Positions 1 through 11,809 are shown, numbered from the stretch's first letter. The stretch is 64,000 bases of DNA from an uncultured delta proteobacterium (GCA_963782055.1 CAWAIF010000003.1:2560001-2624000), one strand, 5' to 3'. Made by a program: numbers and translations. Notes: generated from the letters alone by a model not told the origin.

Positions 1-8
1 TTCTCTCA

Positions 9-24
9 TGGCATGAGGCTCGCT
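9..24 (+). promoter_or_regulatory. Putative sigma-54 (-24/-12) promoter of the gsp operon
   Basis: TGGCATGAGGCTCGCT has exact GG-N10-GC spacing and resembles the TGGCACG-N4-TTGC consensus; GGAG at 37-40 precedes the ATG at 51. Confidence 0.5.
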
Positions 25-50
25 TTGTCCCCCTCCGGAGCTCCGTCCTG

Positions 51-1013
51 ATGGCCATCGACCAGTTTCTCAAGCGCCACTTCTGGCTGCCCACGCTGCT
101 GTTCACCGGCATGGCGTCCCTCTTCGGCGCCAAGGGCGTGGCCAACCTCGCGGGCGTGAGCCTGGGCGCCAGCGACAAGCAGCTCGCGCAGGGGCCGCTC
201 ATCATGAAGACCCCGCCTGTCTCCTCCGGCGGCAGCGAGAAGGCGCGGAGCGACGAGGCCATCCTCTCGCGCAACCCCTTCGACTCGCAGACCGGCCCGC
301 TCACGCCGCAGCCCGTCGACTCCGTGGGACTCACCCCGCCGGTGGACCTGAGCGATCCGGACAACGCGCCGGTGTGCGAGGGGGTGAAGGTCCTGGTCAT
401 CGCCGCCTCCTCCGACCCCGACTGGTCGCTCGCCGCGCTGCAGGCGCCGGGCGATCACACGAGCGTGTTGCGGCGCCGCGGGGGCGATTTCAACGGCAAG
501 CAGGTCAAGTACATCGGCTGGGACCGCGTGTGGTTCGTCAACAGCGGGCAGCTCTGCCAGGCGCAGATGTTCCAGCCCGACACGCCGCCCGCGACGCGCC
601 CGGTGACGAACATCCCGCCGCCCGTCGTGGCCACGCGCGGGGGCGCCGGCGCCGTGCCGCCGGACATCGCGAAGGGCATCCAGCGCGTGAGCGCCAACGA
701 GTTCAACGTCGACCGCGGCGTGGTGGACAAGATCCTGGAGAACCAGGCCGAGCTGATGAAGCAGGCGCGCATCGTGCCCGAGCAGGAGAACGGCAAGGTC
801 GTCGGCATCCGCCTCTTCGGCGTGCGCCCGGACACCCTGCTCGGCGTGCTCGGCATGGAGAACGGCGACCGCCTGCAGTCGATCAACGGCTTCGACATGA
901 CCAGCCCGGAGAAGGCGCTCGAGGCGTACGCGCGCCTGCGCACGGCGGACCACATGACCGTCCAGATCAACCGCCGCGGGTCCAACATGAACCTCGATTA
1001 CAACATCAAGTGA
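51..1013 (+). CDS. gspC: Type II secretion protein C with C-terminal PDZ domain
   Basis: N-terminal TM segment; C-terminal PDZ-like region (GIRLFGVRPDTLLGVLGMENGDRLQSINGFD); first gene of the gsp cluster. Confidence 0.85.
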   Translation: MAIDQFLKRHFWLPTLLFTGMASLFGAKGVANLAGVSLGASDKQLAQGPLIMKTPPVSSGGSEKARSDEAILSRNPFDSQTGPLTPQPVDSVGLTPPVDLSDPDNAPVCEGVKVLVIAASSDPDWSLAALQAPGDHTSVLRRRGGDFNGKQVKYIGWDRVWFVNSGQLCQAQMFQPDTPPATRPVTNIPPPVVATRGGAGAVPPDIAKGIQRVSANEFNVDRGVVDKILENQAELMKQARIVPEQENGKVVGIRLFGVRPDTLLGVLGMENGDRLQSINGFDMTSPEKALEAYARLRTADHMTVQINRRGSNMNLDYNIK

Positions 1014-1073
1014 ACCCCGTTTGAGCCCCAGCCCGAAGAAGAACCGATCGCCATGGCCGCCGAAGACTCACTC

Positions 1074-1277
1074 ATGAAGCAGACCCTGCGCACGACGCTC
1101 CTCATGCTCGTGCCGATGGCCCTATTTCTCGCCGTGCTCAGCGTCATCACGGTGGCGCTGCGCCCCGCCTCGAAGGGCGCGTCGCCCTCCGTGCAGGCCC
1201 GCTCACTGGGCGAGAACACCGCGGCCGGGCCGGCGACCGACAAACCTCGAACCGGCAAGCTCCCTGCCGAGATCTGA
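1074..1277 (+). CDS. Small single-TM hypothetical protein (alternative start at 1053)
   Basis: MKQTLRTTLLMLVPMALFLAVLSVITVAL hydrophobic segment; co-oriented between gspC and gspD. Confidence 0.5.
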   Translation: MKQTLRTTLLMLVPMALFLAVLSVITVALRPASKGASPSVQARSLGENTAAGPATDKPRTGKLPAEI

Positions 1278-1367
1278 TCGCGAGAACCCATGCCGATCGC
1301 ACAGCGTGACCGACGACCCTTCGCCCCGCGCGCACGCCGCACGCCGGGGGACGCTCCGCGCGCCACC

Positions 1368-3905
1368 ATGCGCGCGATCTCCGTCGCGGCGCTCGTGCTC
1401 GCGCTGCCGGGCATGGCGCTCGCGCAGCGGTCCTTCGCGCGGCCGGGCGTGGCCCTGGCCGGTGCCGCCCAGGGGCACGCGGCGGGCGCCGGACGCGCGC
1501 CCGTGCCCATGGGGGGCGCGGGGGCGAGCAACGCCGGCGGGGCCTCGGGCGGGGCGGCGGGCGGCGCCGCGGCGGGCGGGGCGGCCGGCGGGGCGAGCCC
1601 GAAAATCGGGCCCGGCGGCAAGGCGCTCGGCGACACCAGCGACCTCCCCCAGTTCGAGGACAGCAAGTCGCTCGAGTACGCGCCGCGCAGCCCCAACTAC
1701 AAGGTCTCCTTCTCGCTCGAGGACGCCGACCTCCCCGAGCTGGTGCGCGTCATCGGCCAGCTCACCGGCAAGCGCTTCATCTTCGGCGGCAAGGTGCGCA
1801 ACATCAAGGCGTCCATCTACTCGCCGCAGAAGGTGACCGTCGCGGAGGCCTACCAGGCCTTCCTCTCCATCCTTCAGACCAACGGCCTGACGGTGGTGCC
1901 GCACGGGCGCTTCCTCAAGATCGTGGAGACGGGCGGCATCGCGACCGAGGCGACGCCCACCTACGGCGAGGGTCAGGCCGCCCCGAGTGAGGACCGCTAC
2001 GTCACGCGCCTCTACCGGCTGCAGCACGCGAGCGCCGACGAGGTGTCCAACGTGCTCGGCCACTTCAAGTCGAAGGACGGCGACATCACCGTCGCGGGCG
2101 ATCTGCTCATCATCACCGACACCGGCTCCAACATCCGCCGCATGATGCAGATCATCGACGAGGTGGACGTCGGCGAGGCCGGCGACCAGATGTGGATCGA
2201 GCCCATTCACTACGCCTCGGCGGCCGACATCGCCGCGCGGATCAACGAGCTCTTCGACCTCAAGGGCGGCAGCAGCCGCAGCGCGCCGGTCCGCCGCGGC
2301 GGGAAGGTCGTGGCGGCCTCCGCCGCCGGCGGCGGCTCGCTCCACGTCACCAAGGTCGTCGCCGACGACCGCACCAACTCGGTGGTGATCGTGGCGACGC
2401 AGGAGGCGTACCTGCGCATCCTGGAGTTCATCAAGCGCATGGACGTCCCGCAGACCGGCGAGGGCGAGATCCACGTGCTGCCCCTGCAGCACGCCGACGC
2501 CGTCGAGCTGACCAAGACGCTCAACGACATCGTGGGGGGCGCCGCCGGCGGCAAGGGCGCGCCGCGCGCCGGCGGCAACGTCGCCGCCAACGAGCAGGTG
2601 TTCGAGGGGCCGATCAAGCTGAGCGCGGACAAGGCGACGAACTCCATCGTCGTCACCTCCTCCCTGCGCGACTACGCCTCGCTGCGCGCGGTGGTGGACC
2701 GCCTCGACCAGCCCCGCCGTCAGGTGTTCATCGAGGCGGTGATCATGGACCTCTCGGTCAACCGCACCGACACGCTCGGCGTCAACTTCCACGCGGGCGC
2801 CCTCTTCGACTCCGGCATCGGCAACGGTCAGACCCTCGCCTACGGCGGCCTGAACCCGCTCAACACCATCCTGCCGCCCGGTGCGGGCACCGACCCGTCC
2901 ATCCTGCAGGGCCTGGCCCTCGGCCTGCGCGGCCCGGGCATCCCCGGCACCGAGACCCTGCTCGGCACCGGGCAGACGGTCCCCGCCTTCGGCGTGATCA
3001 TCAGCGCGCTCGCGACGACGGGCGACGTGGACGTGCTCTCCACCCCGCACATCCTGGCGACCGACAACGAGAAGGCGGTGATCAACGTCGGCGAGAACGT
3101 GCCGCTGCAGCAGAACATCGGCGGCATCCCCAGCACGACCAGCGGGGCCAACTCGCAGGTGCCCTCCTTCGGCTTCGGCTTCGGCGCCTCGCCGCAGCGC
3201 CAGGACGTGGGCACCAAGATCGAGATCACCCCCCACCTCAACGAGTCCAACGAGGTGCGGCTCGACCTCAACGAGGAGATCAGCGAGGCGCGCGAGCCGC
3301 AGGGCCAGCTCGGCGTGGTGCCGATCACCAAGCGCACCGCGCAGACCAAGCTCATCGTGCGAGACCAGGAGACGGTGGTCATCGGTGGCCTGATGCGCAA
3401 TCGCCTCGCCCACTCGCAGCAGAAGATCCCCGTGCTCGGTGACATCCCCGTGCTCGGGGCGCTCTTCCGCAAGAGCACCAACGTCATGGAGAAGTCCAAC
3501 CTGGTGCTCGTGCTGACGCCCTACATCATCCGCGAGCAGTCGGACCTGCGGACCATCTTCGAGCGCAAGATGCAGGAGCGGCAGGAGTTCCTCGACCGCT
3601 ACTTCGTCTTCTCCGACGAGCTCGACTACCAGCCGCCGAAGGACTACTCGCGCACCAACGGCCTGCTCGAGGACATCCGCACGACCTTCATGGGGCTGGA
3701 GGAGCAGCAGCGGCTGGACGACCTGACCCGCCCCAAGGAGCTGCAGACGCACGCGCCGAGTGAGCCGCTCGACCTGCCCATGCACCGCGACGAGACCGGC
3801 GCCGGGGCGAACCCGGCCCCCGCGGCCGCCGGCGGCGCGCCGCCGCCCCCGGCGAACATCACCGTCACCCCGAAGGTCCGGCGCGTCCAGCGCATCGAGA
3901 GGTGA
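1368..3905 (+). CDS. gspD: Type II secretion secretin (frame is open from 1290)
   Basis: Signal peptide MRAISVAALVLALPGMALAQ; N0/N-repeat domains; secretin motifs QVFIEAVI, STPHILATDNEKA, KIPVLGDIPVLGALF. Confidence 0.95.
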   Translation: MRAISVAALVLALPGMALAQRSFARPGVALAGAAQGHAAGAGRAPVPMGGAGASNAGGASGGAAGGAAAGGAAGGASPKIGPGGKALGDTSDLPQFEDSKSLEYAPRSPNYKVSFSLEDADLPELVRVIGQLTGKRFIFGGKVRNIKASIYSPQKVTVAEAYQAFLSILQTNGLTVVPHGRFLKIVETGGIATEATPTYGEGQAAPSEDRYVTRLYRLQHASADEVSNVLGHFKSKDGDITVAGDLLIITDTGSNIRRMMQIIDEVDVGEAGDQMWIEPIHYASAADIAARINELFDLKGGSSRSAPVRRGGKVVAASAAGGGSLHVTKVVADDRTNSVVIVATQEAYLRILEFIKRMDVPQTGEGEIHVLPLQHADAVELTKTLNDIVGGAAGGKGAPRAGGNVAANEQVFEGPIKLSADKATNSIVVTSSLRDYASLRAVVDRLDQPRRQVFIEAVIMDLSVNRTDTLGVNFHAGALFDSGIGNGQTLAYGGLNPLNTILPPGAGTDPSILQGLALGLRGPGIPGTETLLGTGQTVPAFGVIISALATTGDVDVLSTPHILATDNEKAVINVGENVPLQQNIGGIPSTTSGANSQVPSFGFGFGASPQRQDVGTKIEITPHLNESNEVRLDLNEEISEAREPQGQLGVVPITKRTAQTKLIVRDQETVVIGGLMRNRLAHSQQKIPVLGDIPVLGALFRKSTNVMEKSNLVLVLTPYIIREQSDLRTIFERKMQERQEFLDRYFVFSDELDYQPPKDYSRTNGLLEDIRTTFMGLEEQQRLDDLTRPKELQTHAPSEPLDLPMHRDETGAGANPAPAAAGGAPPPPANITVTPKVRRVQRIER

Positions 3906-3906
3906 C

Positions 3907-5757
<1,851 letters not shown>

Positions 5758-5760
5758 CCC

Positions 5761-7197
5761 ATGGCGGTCTTCGAGTACCGCGGCCTGTTCGCTGCCACGG
5801 GCAAGCCGACGCACGGCTTCCGCGACGCGGACAACCCCAAGGCGCTGCGCGCGGCGCTCAAGCGCGAGGGGGTGCTGCTGACGAGCGCCGAGGAGGACAC
5901 CAAGGCGCGCGCGGGCGGGGCGCGCCGCTCGCTGGACGTCGCCGCCTTCTTCCAGCGGGTGAGCGTGGGCGACGTCGCGATGATGACGCGGCAGCTCGCC
6001 ACGCTCGTCGCCGCGGGCATCCCGCTGGTGGAGGCGGTCTCCGCGCTCACCGAGCAGGTGGAGAAGCCGGAGCTGCAGCGCGTGCTCACCCAGGTCCGCG
6101 ACCGCCTCAACGAGGGTCAGTCGCTGGCCAAGGCGCTCGAGCCGCACCCGCGCGTCTTCCCCAACCTGTACGTCAACATGGTCGCCGCGGGCGAGGCGTC
6201 CGGCACGCTGGAGCAGGTGCTCGAGCGGCTGAGCGACTTCATGGAGAACCAGGCCAAGCTGCGCAGCAAGGTGGGCGCGGCGCTCGCCTACCCGATCCTC
6301 ATGATGATCATCGGCACCGCCCTCATCAGCGTGATGATGATCGCCGTCGTGCCGAAGGTGACGAGCATCTTCGCCAGCCTGGACCGGGCGCTGCCCTGGT
6401 ACACCGCGCTGCTCATCCTCATCTCCAACGTCGTCAGCTCCAACCAGATGGTGGGCTTCGCGCTGACGGTCGCCACCATGTCCGTGGGCCGCAAGGCGAT
6501 GGCCTCCCCGCCCAAGAAGGAGCACGACCCCCGCGCGTCGAAGCAGGGCGCCTCGGGCGGGAACATCGTCTGGGTCACGGTCGCCGTCGTGCTCCTGCTG
6601 GTGATGGTGCTCGCCGGGTTCGCGGTGGAGTCCGTCGGCGCGTACTTCGTCGGCATCGGCCTCGGCCTCGTCGCCGGCCTGGCGGCGGCGCGCTTCGTCG
6701 CCTTCCTGAGCACCGAGGCGGGGCGCCTGTGGCGGGACACCTTCTTCCTGCGGCTCCCGCTCTTCGGCCCGCTGGTGCGGATGATCGCGGTGGCCCGCTT
6801 CTCGCGCACCCTCTCCACCCTGCTGCAGAGCGGCGTGCCCCTGCTCAAGGCGATGGACATCGTCAAGAACGTCCTGGACAACGCCAAGCTGGAGAGGGTC
6901 ATCGAGACCGCCATCGGGTCCATCCGCGAGGGCGAGTCCATCGCCGCGCCGCTCAAGCGCAGCGGGGACTTCCCCCCGATTGTCACCCACATGATCGCCG
7001 TCGGCGAGAAGAGCGGCCAGCTCGAGAACATGCTGGAGAACGTCGCGCGGGCCTACGACATGCAGGTGGACACCCGCGTGCAGGCGCTGACCAGCCTCCT
7101 CGAGCCGCTCATCATCGTCATGCTGGGCGGCGCGGTGGGCTTCATCGCCTTCTCCATCATGATGCCCCTCATCCAGATGAACGACTTCGTGCAGTGA
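5761..7197 (+). CDS. gspF: Type II secretion inner-membrane platform protein
   Basis: Two GspF repeats (RQLATLVAAGIPL, AGEASGTLEQVLERL; FSRTLSTLLQSGVPL, GEKSGQLENML). Confidence 0.93.
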   Translation: MAVFEYRGLFAATGKPTHGFRDADNPKALRAALKREGVLLTSAEEDTKARAGGARRSLDVAAFFQRVSVGDVAMMTRQLATLVAAGIPLVEAVSALTEQVEKPELQRVLTQVRDRLNEGQSLAKALEPHPRVFPNLYVNMVAAGEASGTLEQVLERLSDFMENQAKLRSKVGAALAYPILMMIIGTALISVMMIAVVPKVTSIFASLDRALPWYTALLILISNVVSSNQMVGFALTVATMSVGRKAMASPPKKEHDPRASKQGASGGNIVWVTVAVVLLLVMVLAGFAVESVGAYFVGIGLGLVAGLAAARFVAFLSTEAGRLWRDTFFLRLPLFGPLVRMIAVARFSRTLSTLLQSGVPLLKAMDIVKNVLDNAKLERVIETAIGSIREGESIAAPLKRSGDFPPIVTHMIAVGEKSGQLENMLENVARAYDMQVDTRVQALTSLLEPLIIVMLGGAVGFIAFSIMMPLIQMNDFVQ

Positions 7198-7204
7198 GAA
7201 CCCC

Positions 7205-7615
7205 ATGGCGCAGAGCAAGCGAAACCGAGCCGTCTTCTTCCCGTGGGAGAAGCGCCGTGGCCTGCTCGGCTTCTTCGGCCGGGCGCGGGCGGGCTGGCTC
7301 GCCTTCGGGGCGCTCGTGGTCCTCGGCGTCGTGCTGGTGCACCGCCGGGAAGAGCACGACGCCTCCGTCCGGGCGACCCGGGCGACCATCACCTACGCGC
7401 ACGAGCTGGTCATGGCCTACCGCGCGGACCACGATGGCGGGTGCCCCAAGAACCTCGCCGACGTGGTGGCGGCCGGCTACGCCCATGACGTGCCGGTGGA
7501 CGCCTGGGGTCGCCCGCTACGGCTCACCTGCCCGGGCGTCCGCGACCCCAAGGGCTTCGACATCTCGAGCGACGGCCCGGACGGAATTCCCGGCGGGCTC
7601 GATCGTGTGGAGTAA
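7205..7615 (+). CDS. GspG-like protein with an atypical N-terminus
   Basis: GspG-type C-terminal motifs PVDAWGRP and SDGPDG; one TM segment; no G|FTLxE site. Confidence 0.7.
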   Translation: MAQSKRNRAVFFPWEKRRGLLGFFGRARAGWLAFGALVVLGVVLVHRREEHDASVRATRATITYAHELVMAYRADHDGGCPKNLADVVAAGYAHDVPVDAWGRPLRLTCPGVRDPKGFDISSDGPDGIPGGLDRVE

Positions 7616-7651
7616 CGACGGACATCACGCTGTTCGACAGGAAGGACGAAC

Positions 7652-8086
7652 ATGAAATCGAACCACCGAGACTTTCGCACGATGGCCCTCATCCAGCGCC
7701 TCCGGCGCGCCCGCGAGCGCGGCGTGACGCTCGTCGAGATCCTCATCGTGCTCGCCATCGTCGGCCTCATCGCCGGCGGCATCGCCGTCTACGCCATCCC
7801 CAAGTTCATCCAGGCGCAGAAGGACAACACCAAGAACTCGGAGAAGGCGCTGCACGCCGTCGCCGAGGCGTGGCGCGCCAACCACGCCAACGATTGCCCG
7901 ACGGTGCAGCGGCTCAAGGAGGAGAAGGAGATCAGCGCCGCCTCCGACATCAACGACGCCTGGGGTCAGCCCTACAAGATCCAGTGCGACGACGAGGACA
8001 CCACCATCGTCAGCTTCGGGCCGGACAAGAAGGAAGGCACGCAGGACGACATCCGCTTCCCGGAGGCCACCGAGAAGACCGAATGA
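7652..8086 (+). CDS. gspG: Major pseudopilin
   Basis: Prepilin site RG|VTLVEILIV; DAWGQPY and SFGPDKKEGTQDDI motifs. Confidence 0.88.
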   Translation: MKSNHRDFRTMALIQRLRRARERGVTLVEILIVLAIVGLIAGGIAVYAIPKFIQAQKDNTKNSEKALHAVAEAWRANHANDCPTVQRLKEEKEISAASDINDAWGQPYKIQCDDEDTTIVSFGPDKKEGTQDDIRFPEATEKTE

Positions 8087-8856
8087 CCGGAGTCGCCCTC
8101 GCCCGCCCCCTGGACCTCCTCCACGCGCGCCGCCGCGCGGTGGCCCGCGTGCGCGCGGGGGGGCTCACCCTCGTCGAGATGCTGGTGGTGCTCGCCATCG
8201 TGGCGCTGCTCTTCGCCGGCGTGGTGATGGGCAGCGGGCAGCTCGCCGGGGCCAAGCTGAGCAAGGGCGTGACGACGCTCAACGGCCTCATCCGCGTGGC
8301 GTACGTGCGCGCGACGGTCACCGACAAGAGCCTGCGCATCGTCTTCGACCTGGACCACAGCACCTTCTGGCTGGAGGAGTCCGACCAACCGATGCTCGTC
8401 CAGGAGAAGGACGCGACGGGTACCGGAGGCGCCGACCCGATGACCGTCGCGGAGAAGGCGGCGATCGCCGAGGGCGATCGCATCATCAAGGGGCCGCAGG
8501 TGCCGCGTCCGCACTTCCACGCCGTGAAGCCCAGCCTGTACACGGCGGGCGACGAGAAGGGCACCGGTGTCGAGCGCTCGCTGCCCCGCGGCGTGACCTT
8601 CCGCCAGGTGGAGACGCCGCACGACGAGGCGGCGCGCACCAAGGGGCGCGCGTACCTGTACTTCTGGCCGGGCGGCATGACCGAGCGCGCGAGCATCGTG
8701 CTGCGCAAGGGCACGTCCACCGAGGACAACGACGCCATGACGCTGCTCGTCTCTCCGCTCACCGGCAAGGTGACGGTGAAGTCGGGGAGGGTGTCCTTGC
8801 CCACCATCAACGACGAGTCGGACCTCTCCGAGCGGGAGGACCACGGGACGCCATGA
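8083..8856 (+). CDS. gspH: Minor pseudopilin H
   Basis: GG|LTLVEMLVV; ATGA overlap with gspG; position in operon. Confidence 0.75.
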   Translation: MTGVALARPLDLLHARRRAVARVRAGGLTLVEMLVVLAIVALLFAGVVMGSGQLAGAKLSKGVTTLNGLIRVAYVRATVTDKSLRIVFDLDHSTFWLEESDQPMLVQEKDATGTGGADPMTVAEKAAIAEGDRIIKGPQVPRPHFHAVKPSLYTAGDEKGTGVERSLPRGVTFRQVETPHDEAARTKGRAYLYFWPGGMTERASIVLRKGTSTEDNDAMTLLVSPLTGKVTVKSGRVSLPTINDESDLSEREDHGTP

Positions 8857-9632
8857 GCACCCGTCTCCGCTCCGCTCGCCCGCGCGGCTTCTCGCTGCTG
8901 GAGGTCATGGTGGCCCTGGCCATCTTCGGCCTGATGATCTCCGGCATCCTGGCCGCGCAGGCCGGCCTCGCCGCCAGCAACAAGAAGGCGGCGAACATGG
9001 GCCAGGCGGTGAACCTGGCGCGCTGCCGCATGACCGAGGCGGAGGAGAAGCTCCTCAAGTTCGGCTACCCCGAGCTTGACGACATCGACGACGGCGCGCC
9101 CTGCTGCGACGGCATACAGTCCAGCACCTTCACCTGCGACACCAAGGTGGAGAAGATCATCCTGCCCGACCCGCCGGTGAGCACCTTCGGCGAGGACGGC
9201 GGCGCGTCTTCCCTCATCAACGCCTTCGGCCCCGACGCCGGGGCGGGCCCGGCGGGCAACGCCACGCTCAACTTCAACGGCGGCATCGGCAGCCTGGGCA
9301 GCGCCATCTCGCAGCAGACGGGCGGGCAGGGGGCGGCCGGCCTGGTGAACATGGCGATGGGCATGGTCTACCCGACGATGAAGCCCATGATGGAGTCCAG
9401 CATCCGGAAGGTCACCGTCACGGTGCACTGGAAGGAGGGGCCGAACCCGCAGACCTTCGATCTCGTCCAGTACGTCACCAACCCGCAGCGCGGCGGCTTC
9501 ATCTCCGGCGTGCCGTCCGCGGGCGGCGCCAACGGCGCGGCCGGCGCGACGGGCAACCCCGGCGGCTCCACCGGCACGCGCACCTCCGGCCCCGCCGCGG
9601 GTGGCATGAACGGCTTCGGGGGGCCGCGATGA
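8853..9632 (+). CDS. gspI: Minor pseudopilin I
   Basis: RG|FSLLEVMVAL; C-terminal IRKVTVTVHW; position in operon. Confidence 0.75.
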   Translation: MSTRLRSARPRGFSLLEVMVALAIFGLMISGILAAQAGLAASNKKAANMGQAVNLARCRMTEAEEKLLKFGYPELDDIDDGAPCCDGIQSSTFTCDTKVEKIILPDPPVSTFGEDGGASSLINAFGPDAGAGPAGNATLNFNGGIGSLGSAISQQTGGQGAAGLVNMAMGMVYPTMKPMMESSIRKVTVTVHWKEGPNPQTFDLVQYVTNPQRGGFISGVPSAGGANGAAGATGNPGGSTGTRTSGPAAGGMNGFGGPR

Positions 9633-10336
9633 GAACCGTGCAATCTGCACGCAAGTCGCGCGCGCGCGGCCTCACGCTGGTGGAGGTGCTCGTCGCCCTC
9701 GCGGTGCTCAGCATGATCGGCGTGCTCCTCTACGGCGCCTTCGACTCCATGGCCCGCGGCAAGAAGGCGGAGGCCATCCGCGGCGACCGCGCGCGGGAGG
9801 GGCGCGCCGCGGTGCTGCGCATCGCCCGCGATCTCTCCAGCGCGTTCCTCTCCGCCCACAACCCCAACAACATCGCCCTGCAGACGCGCGTCGTCGCCTT
9901 CATCGGGCAGAGCGCCTCCCCCTTCGACCGCGTGGACTTCTCCGGCTTCGCCCACCAGCGGCTGGTGCGCGACAGCAAGGAGTCGGACCAGGCGGAGGTC
10001 GGCTACTTCGTCGTGCCGGACCCCGACGTGGACGGCAAAAACGACCTGGTGCGCCGGGAGCAGACCCCCGCCGACATGGAGCCCAGGCGCGGCGGCGTGG
10101 TCAACGTCCTCTGCGAGGACGTGGAGAGCTTCGACCTGCACTACCTCGACCCGACGACGGGCCAGTGGCTGGAGACGTGGGACTCCACCCAGGTCACCGC
10201 GCAGCAGAACCGCCTGCCGCTGGAGGTGCGCATCACCCTCACCCTCGCGCACGTGCCCGCCGGTCTCGAGCCCACCTACATGACCAAGGTCATGCTCCCC
10301 ATCCAGCAACCCCTCTCCTTCGGGATCCCGCAATGA
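9629..10336 (+). CDS. gspJ: Minor pseudopilin J
   Basis: RG|LTLVEVLVAL; WDS...RLPLEVRITL C-terminus. Confidence 0.8.
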   Translation: MRTVQSARKSRARGLTLVEVLVALAVLSMIGVLLYGAFDSMARGKKAEAIRGDRAREGRAAVLRIARDLSSAFLSAHNPNNIALQTRVVAFIGQSASPFDRVDFSGFAHQRLVRDSKESDQAEVGYFVVPDPDVDGKNDLVRREQTPADMEPRRGGVVNVLCEDVESFDLHYLDPTTGQWLETWDSTQVTAQQNRLPLEVRITLTLAHVPAGLEPTYMTKVMLPIQQPLSFGIPQ

Positions 10337-11781
10337 AGAGGGCGCGCGAGCACGCGAAGCGGGACGCCACCTGGGAGAGCGCGCGCGAGCGCCGCGCCGC
10401 CCGGGTGAAGCGCGCGCGCAAGCGTCGGGCGAAGGAGCGCGGGATCGCCCTCATCATGGTGCTGGGCGCGCTCTCCATCCTCACCGTCATGCTCGCCGAG
10501 TTCCAGGCGGACACCAGCGCCACCCTCGCCAGCGCGATGGCCGACCGCGATGGCGTGCAGGCGGAGTACATCGCCCGCAGCGCCGTCAACCTCTCCCGCC
10601 TGCTCATCGCGATGGAGCCGACGATCCGCCAGAGCATCGCCCCGCTCTTCATGCTGATGAAGCGCGCGCCTCCGCAGCTCCCCCTCTGGAAGTTCGCCGA
10701 CCGCATCCTCGCCCCCTTCAACGACAAGGCCTCCACCGACGAGTTCGCCTCCAGCGTGGGGGTGGACTTCGGCACGGGCAAGAACCTGGGCATGCCCGGG
10801 GGCCGCTTCGAGCTGCAGATCGTCGACGAGGACGCCAAGATCAACGTCAACCTGGGCGCCTCCAACGACATCGCCCACATCCGCCTCGCCAAGGAGCTGA
10901 TGGGGCTGATGGCGCCGCTGCAGTACAACCCGCTCTTCGAGCAGCGCGACTCGCAGGGCCAGTACAACAACCGCCTCACGGTGTGCCAGTCCATCATCGA
11001 CTGGGCGGACATCGACGAGCAGGCGTTCTCCTGCGACATGAGCCAGAACGCGCCCGCCGGCAACGCGGTGGAGGACTCCTACTACCAGCTCCTGAAGAAG
11101 CCATACCGCCGCAAGAACGCGCCCTTCGACTCCCTCCAGGAGCTGCACATGGTGCGCGGGATCAGCGACGACTTCTGGTCCACCTTCGTCGACCCCGACC
11201 CGACCAACCCCGACAAGCGCGTGATGACGGTGTGGGGGCAGGGGAAGGTCAACGTCAACAGCGCCAACGCGCAGACGCTGCTGGGGGTGGTGTGCTCCGG
11301 CGCGCCCGACGCGGGCGTCTGCAACGACCCCAACCAGGCGAGCCTGTTCCTGATGGGCGTGACGATGGCGAGCGGCGTCACCATGGGCGCGCCGCTCTTC
11401 GGCAGCCCCAAGGACTTCATCGCCACGATGGAGGGGAAGGGGATGCTCGGCCCCATGCTCGTCAAGATGGGCATGACGCCCGTCAAGTTCCTCTCCGAGA
11501 GCGAGTTCGCCAAGACCATCACCACCGAGAGCAAGGTCTTCAGCATCTACGCCGTGGGCATCATCAAGGGCTACAAGCGGCAGACGCGCCTGAGGATCCA
11601 CGCGGTGGTGGACTTCCGGCAGGCGCCCGCCCTCGGCGGGGGTCTGTTCCCCCAGCAGAAGGGCGTGGGCCTCGGCCAGCCGCCGCAGCAGACCAGCAAC
11701 AACCTCACCAGCGATCAGTCCATCCAGGCCGCGCTCACGCCCAGCACCGGCGGCACCATCCTCTACTATCGTATCGAGTAA
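10333..11781 (+). CDS. gspK: Minor pseudopilin K
   Basis: RG|IALIMVL (no Glu5); DEDAKINVN, IIDWAD, FDSLQELHMVRG, VNVNSA motifs. Confidence 0.88.
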   Translation: MKRAREHAKRDATWESARERRAARVKRARKRRAKERGIALIMVLGALSILTVMLAEFQADTSATLASAMADRDGVQAEYIARSAVNLSRLLIAMEPTIRQSIAPLFMLMKRAPPQLPLWKFADRILAPFNDKASTDEFASSVGVDFGTGKNLGMPGGRFELQIVDEDAKINVNLGASNDIAHIRLAKELMGLMAPLQYNPLFEQRDSQGQYNNRLTVCQSIIDWADIDEQAFSCDMSQNAPAGNAVEDSYYQLLKKPYRRKNAPFDSLQELHMVRGISDDFWSTFVDPDPTNPDKRVMTVWGQGKVNVNSANAQTLLGVVCSGAPDAGVCNDPNQASLFLMGVTMASGVTMGAPLFGSPKDFIATMEGKGMLGPMLVKMGMTPVKFLSESEFAKTITTESKVFSIYAVGIIKGYKRQTRLRIHAVVDFRQAPALGGGLFPQQKGVGLGQPPQQTSNNLTSDQSIQAALTPSTGGTILYYRIE

Positions 11782-11809
11782 CCGGGTCCCGGACCCAGGA
11801 ACACGTCTC

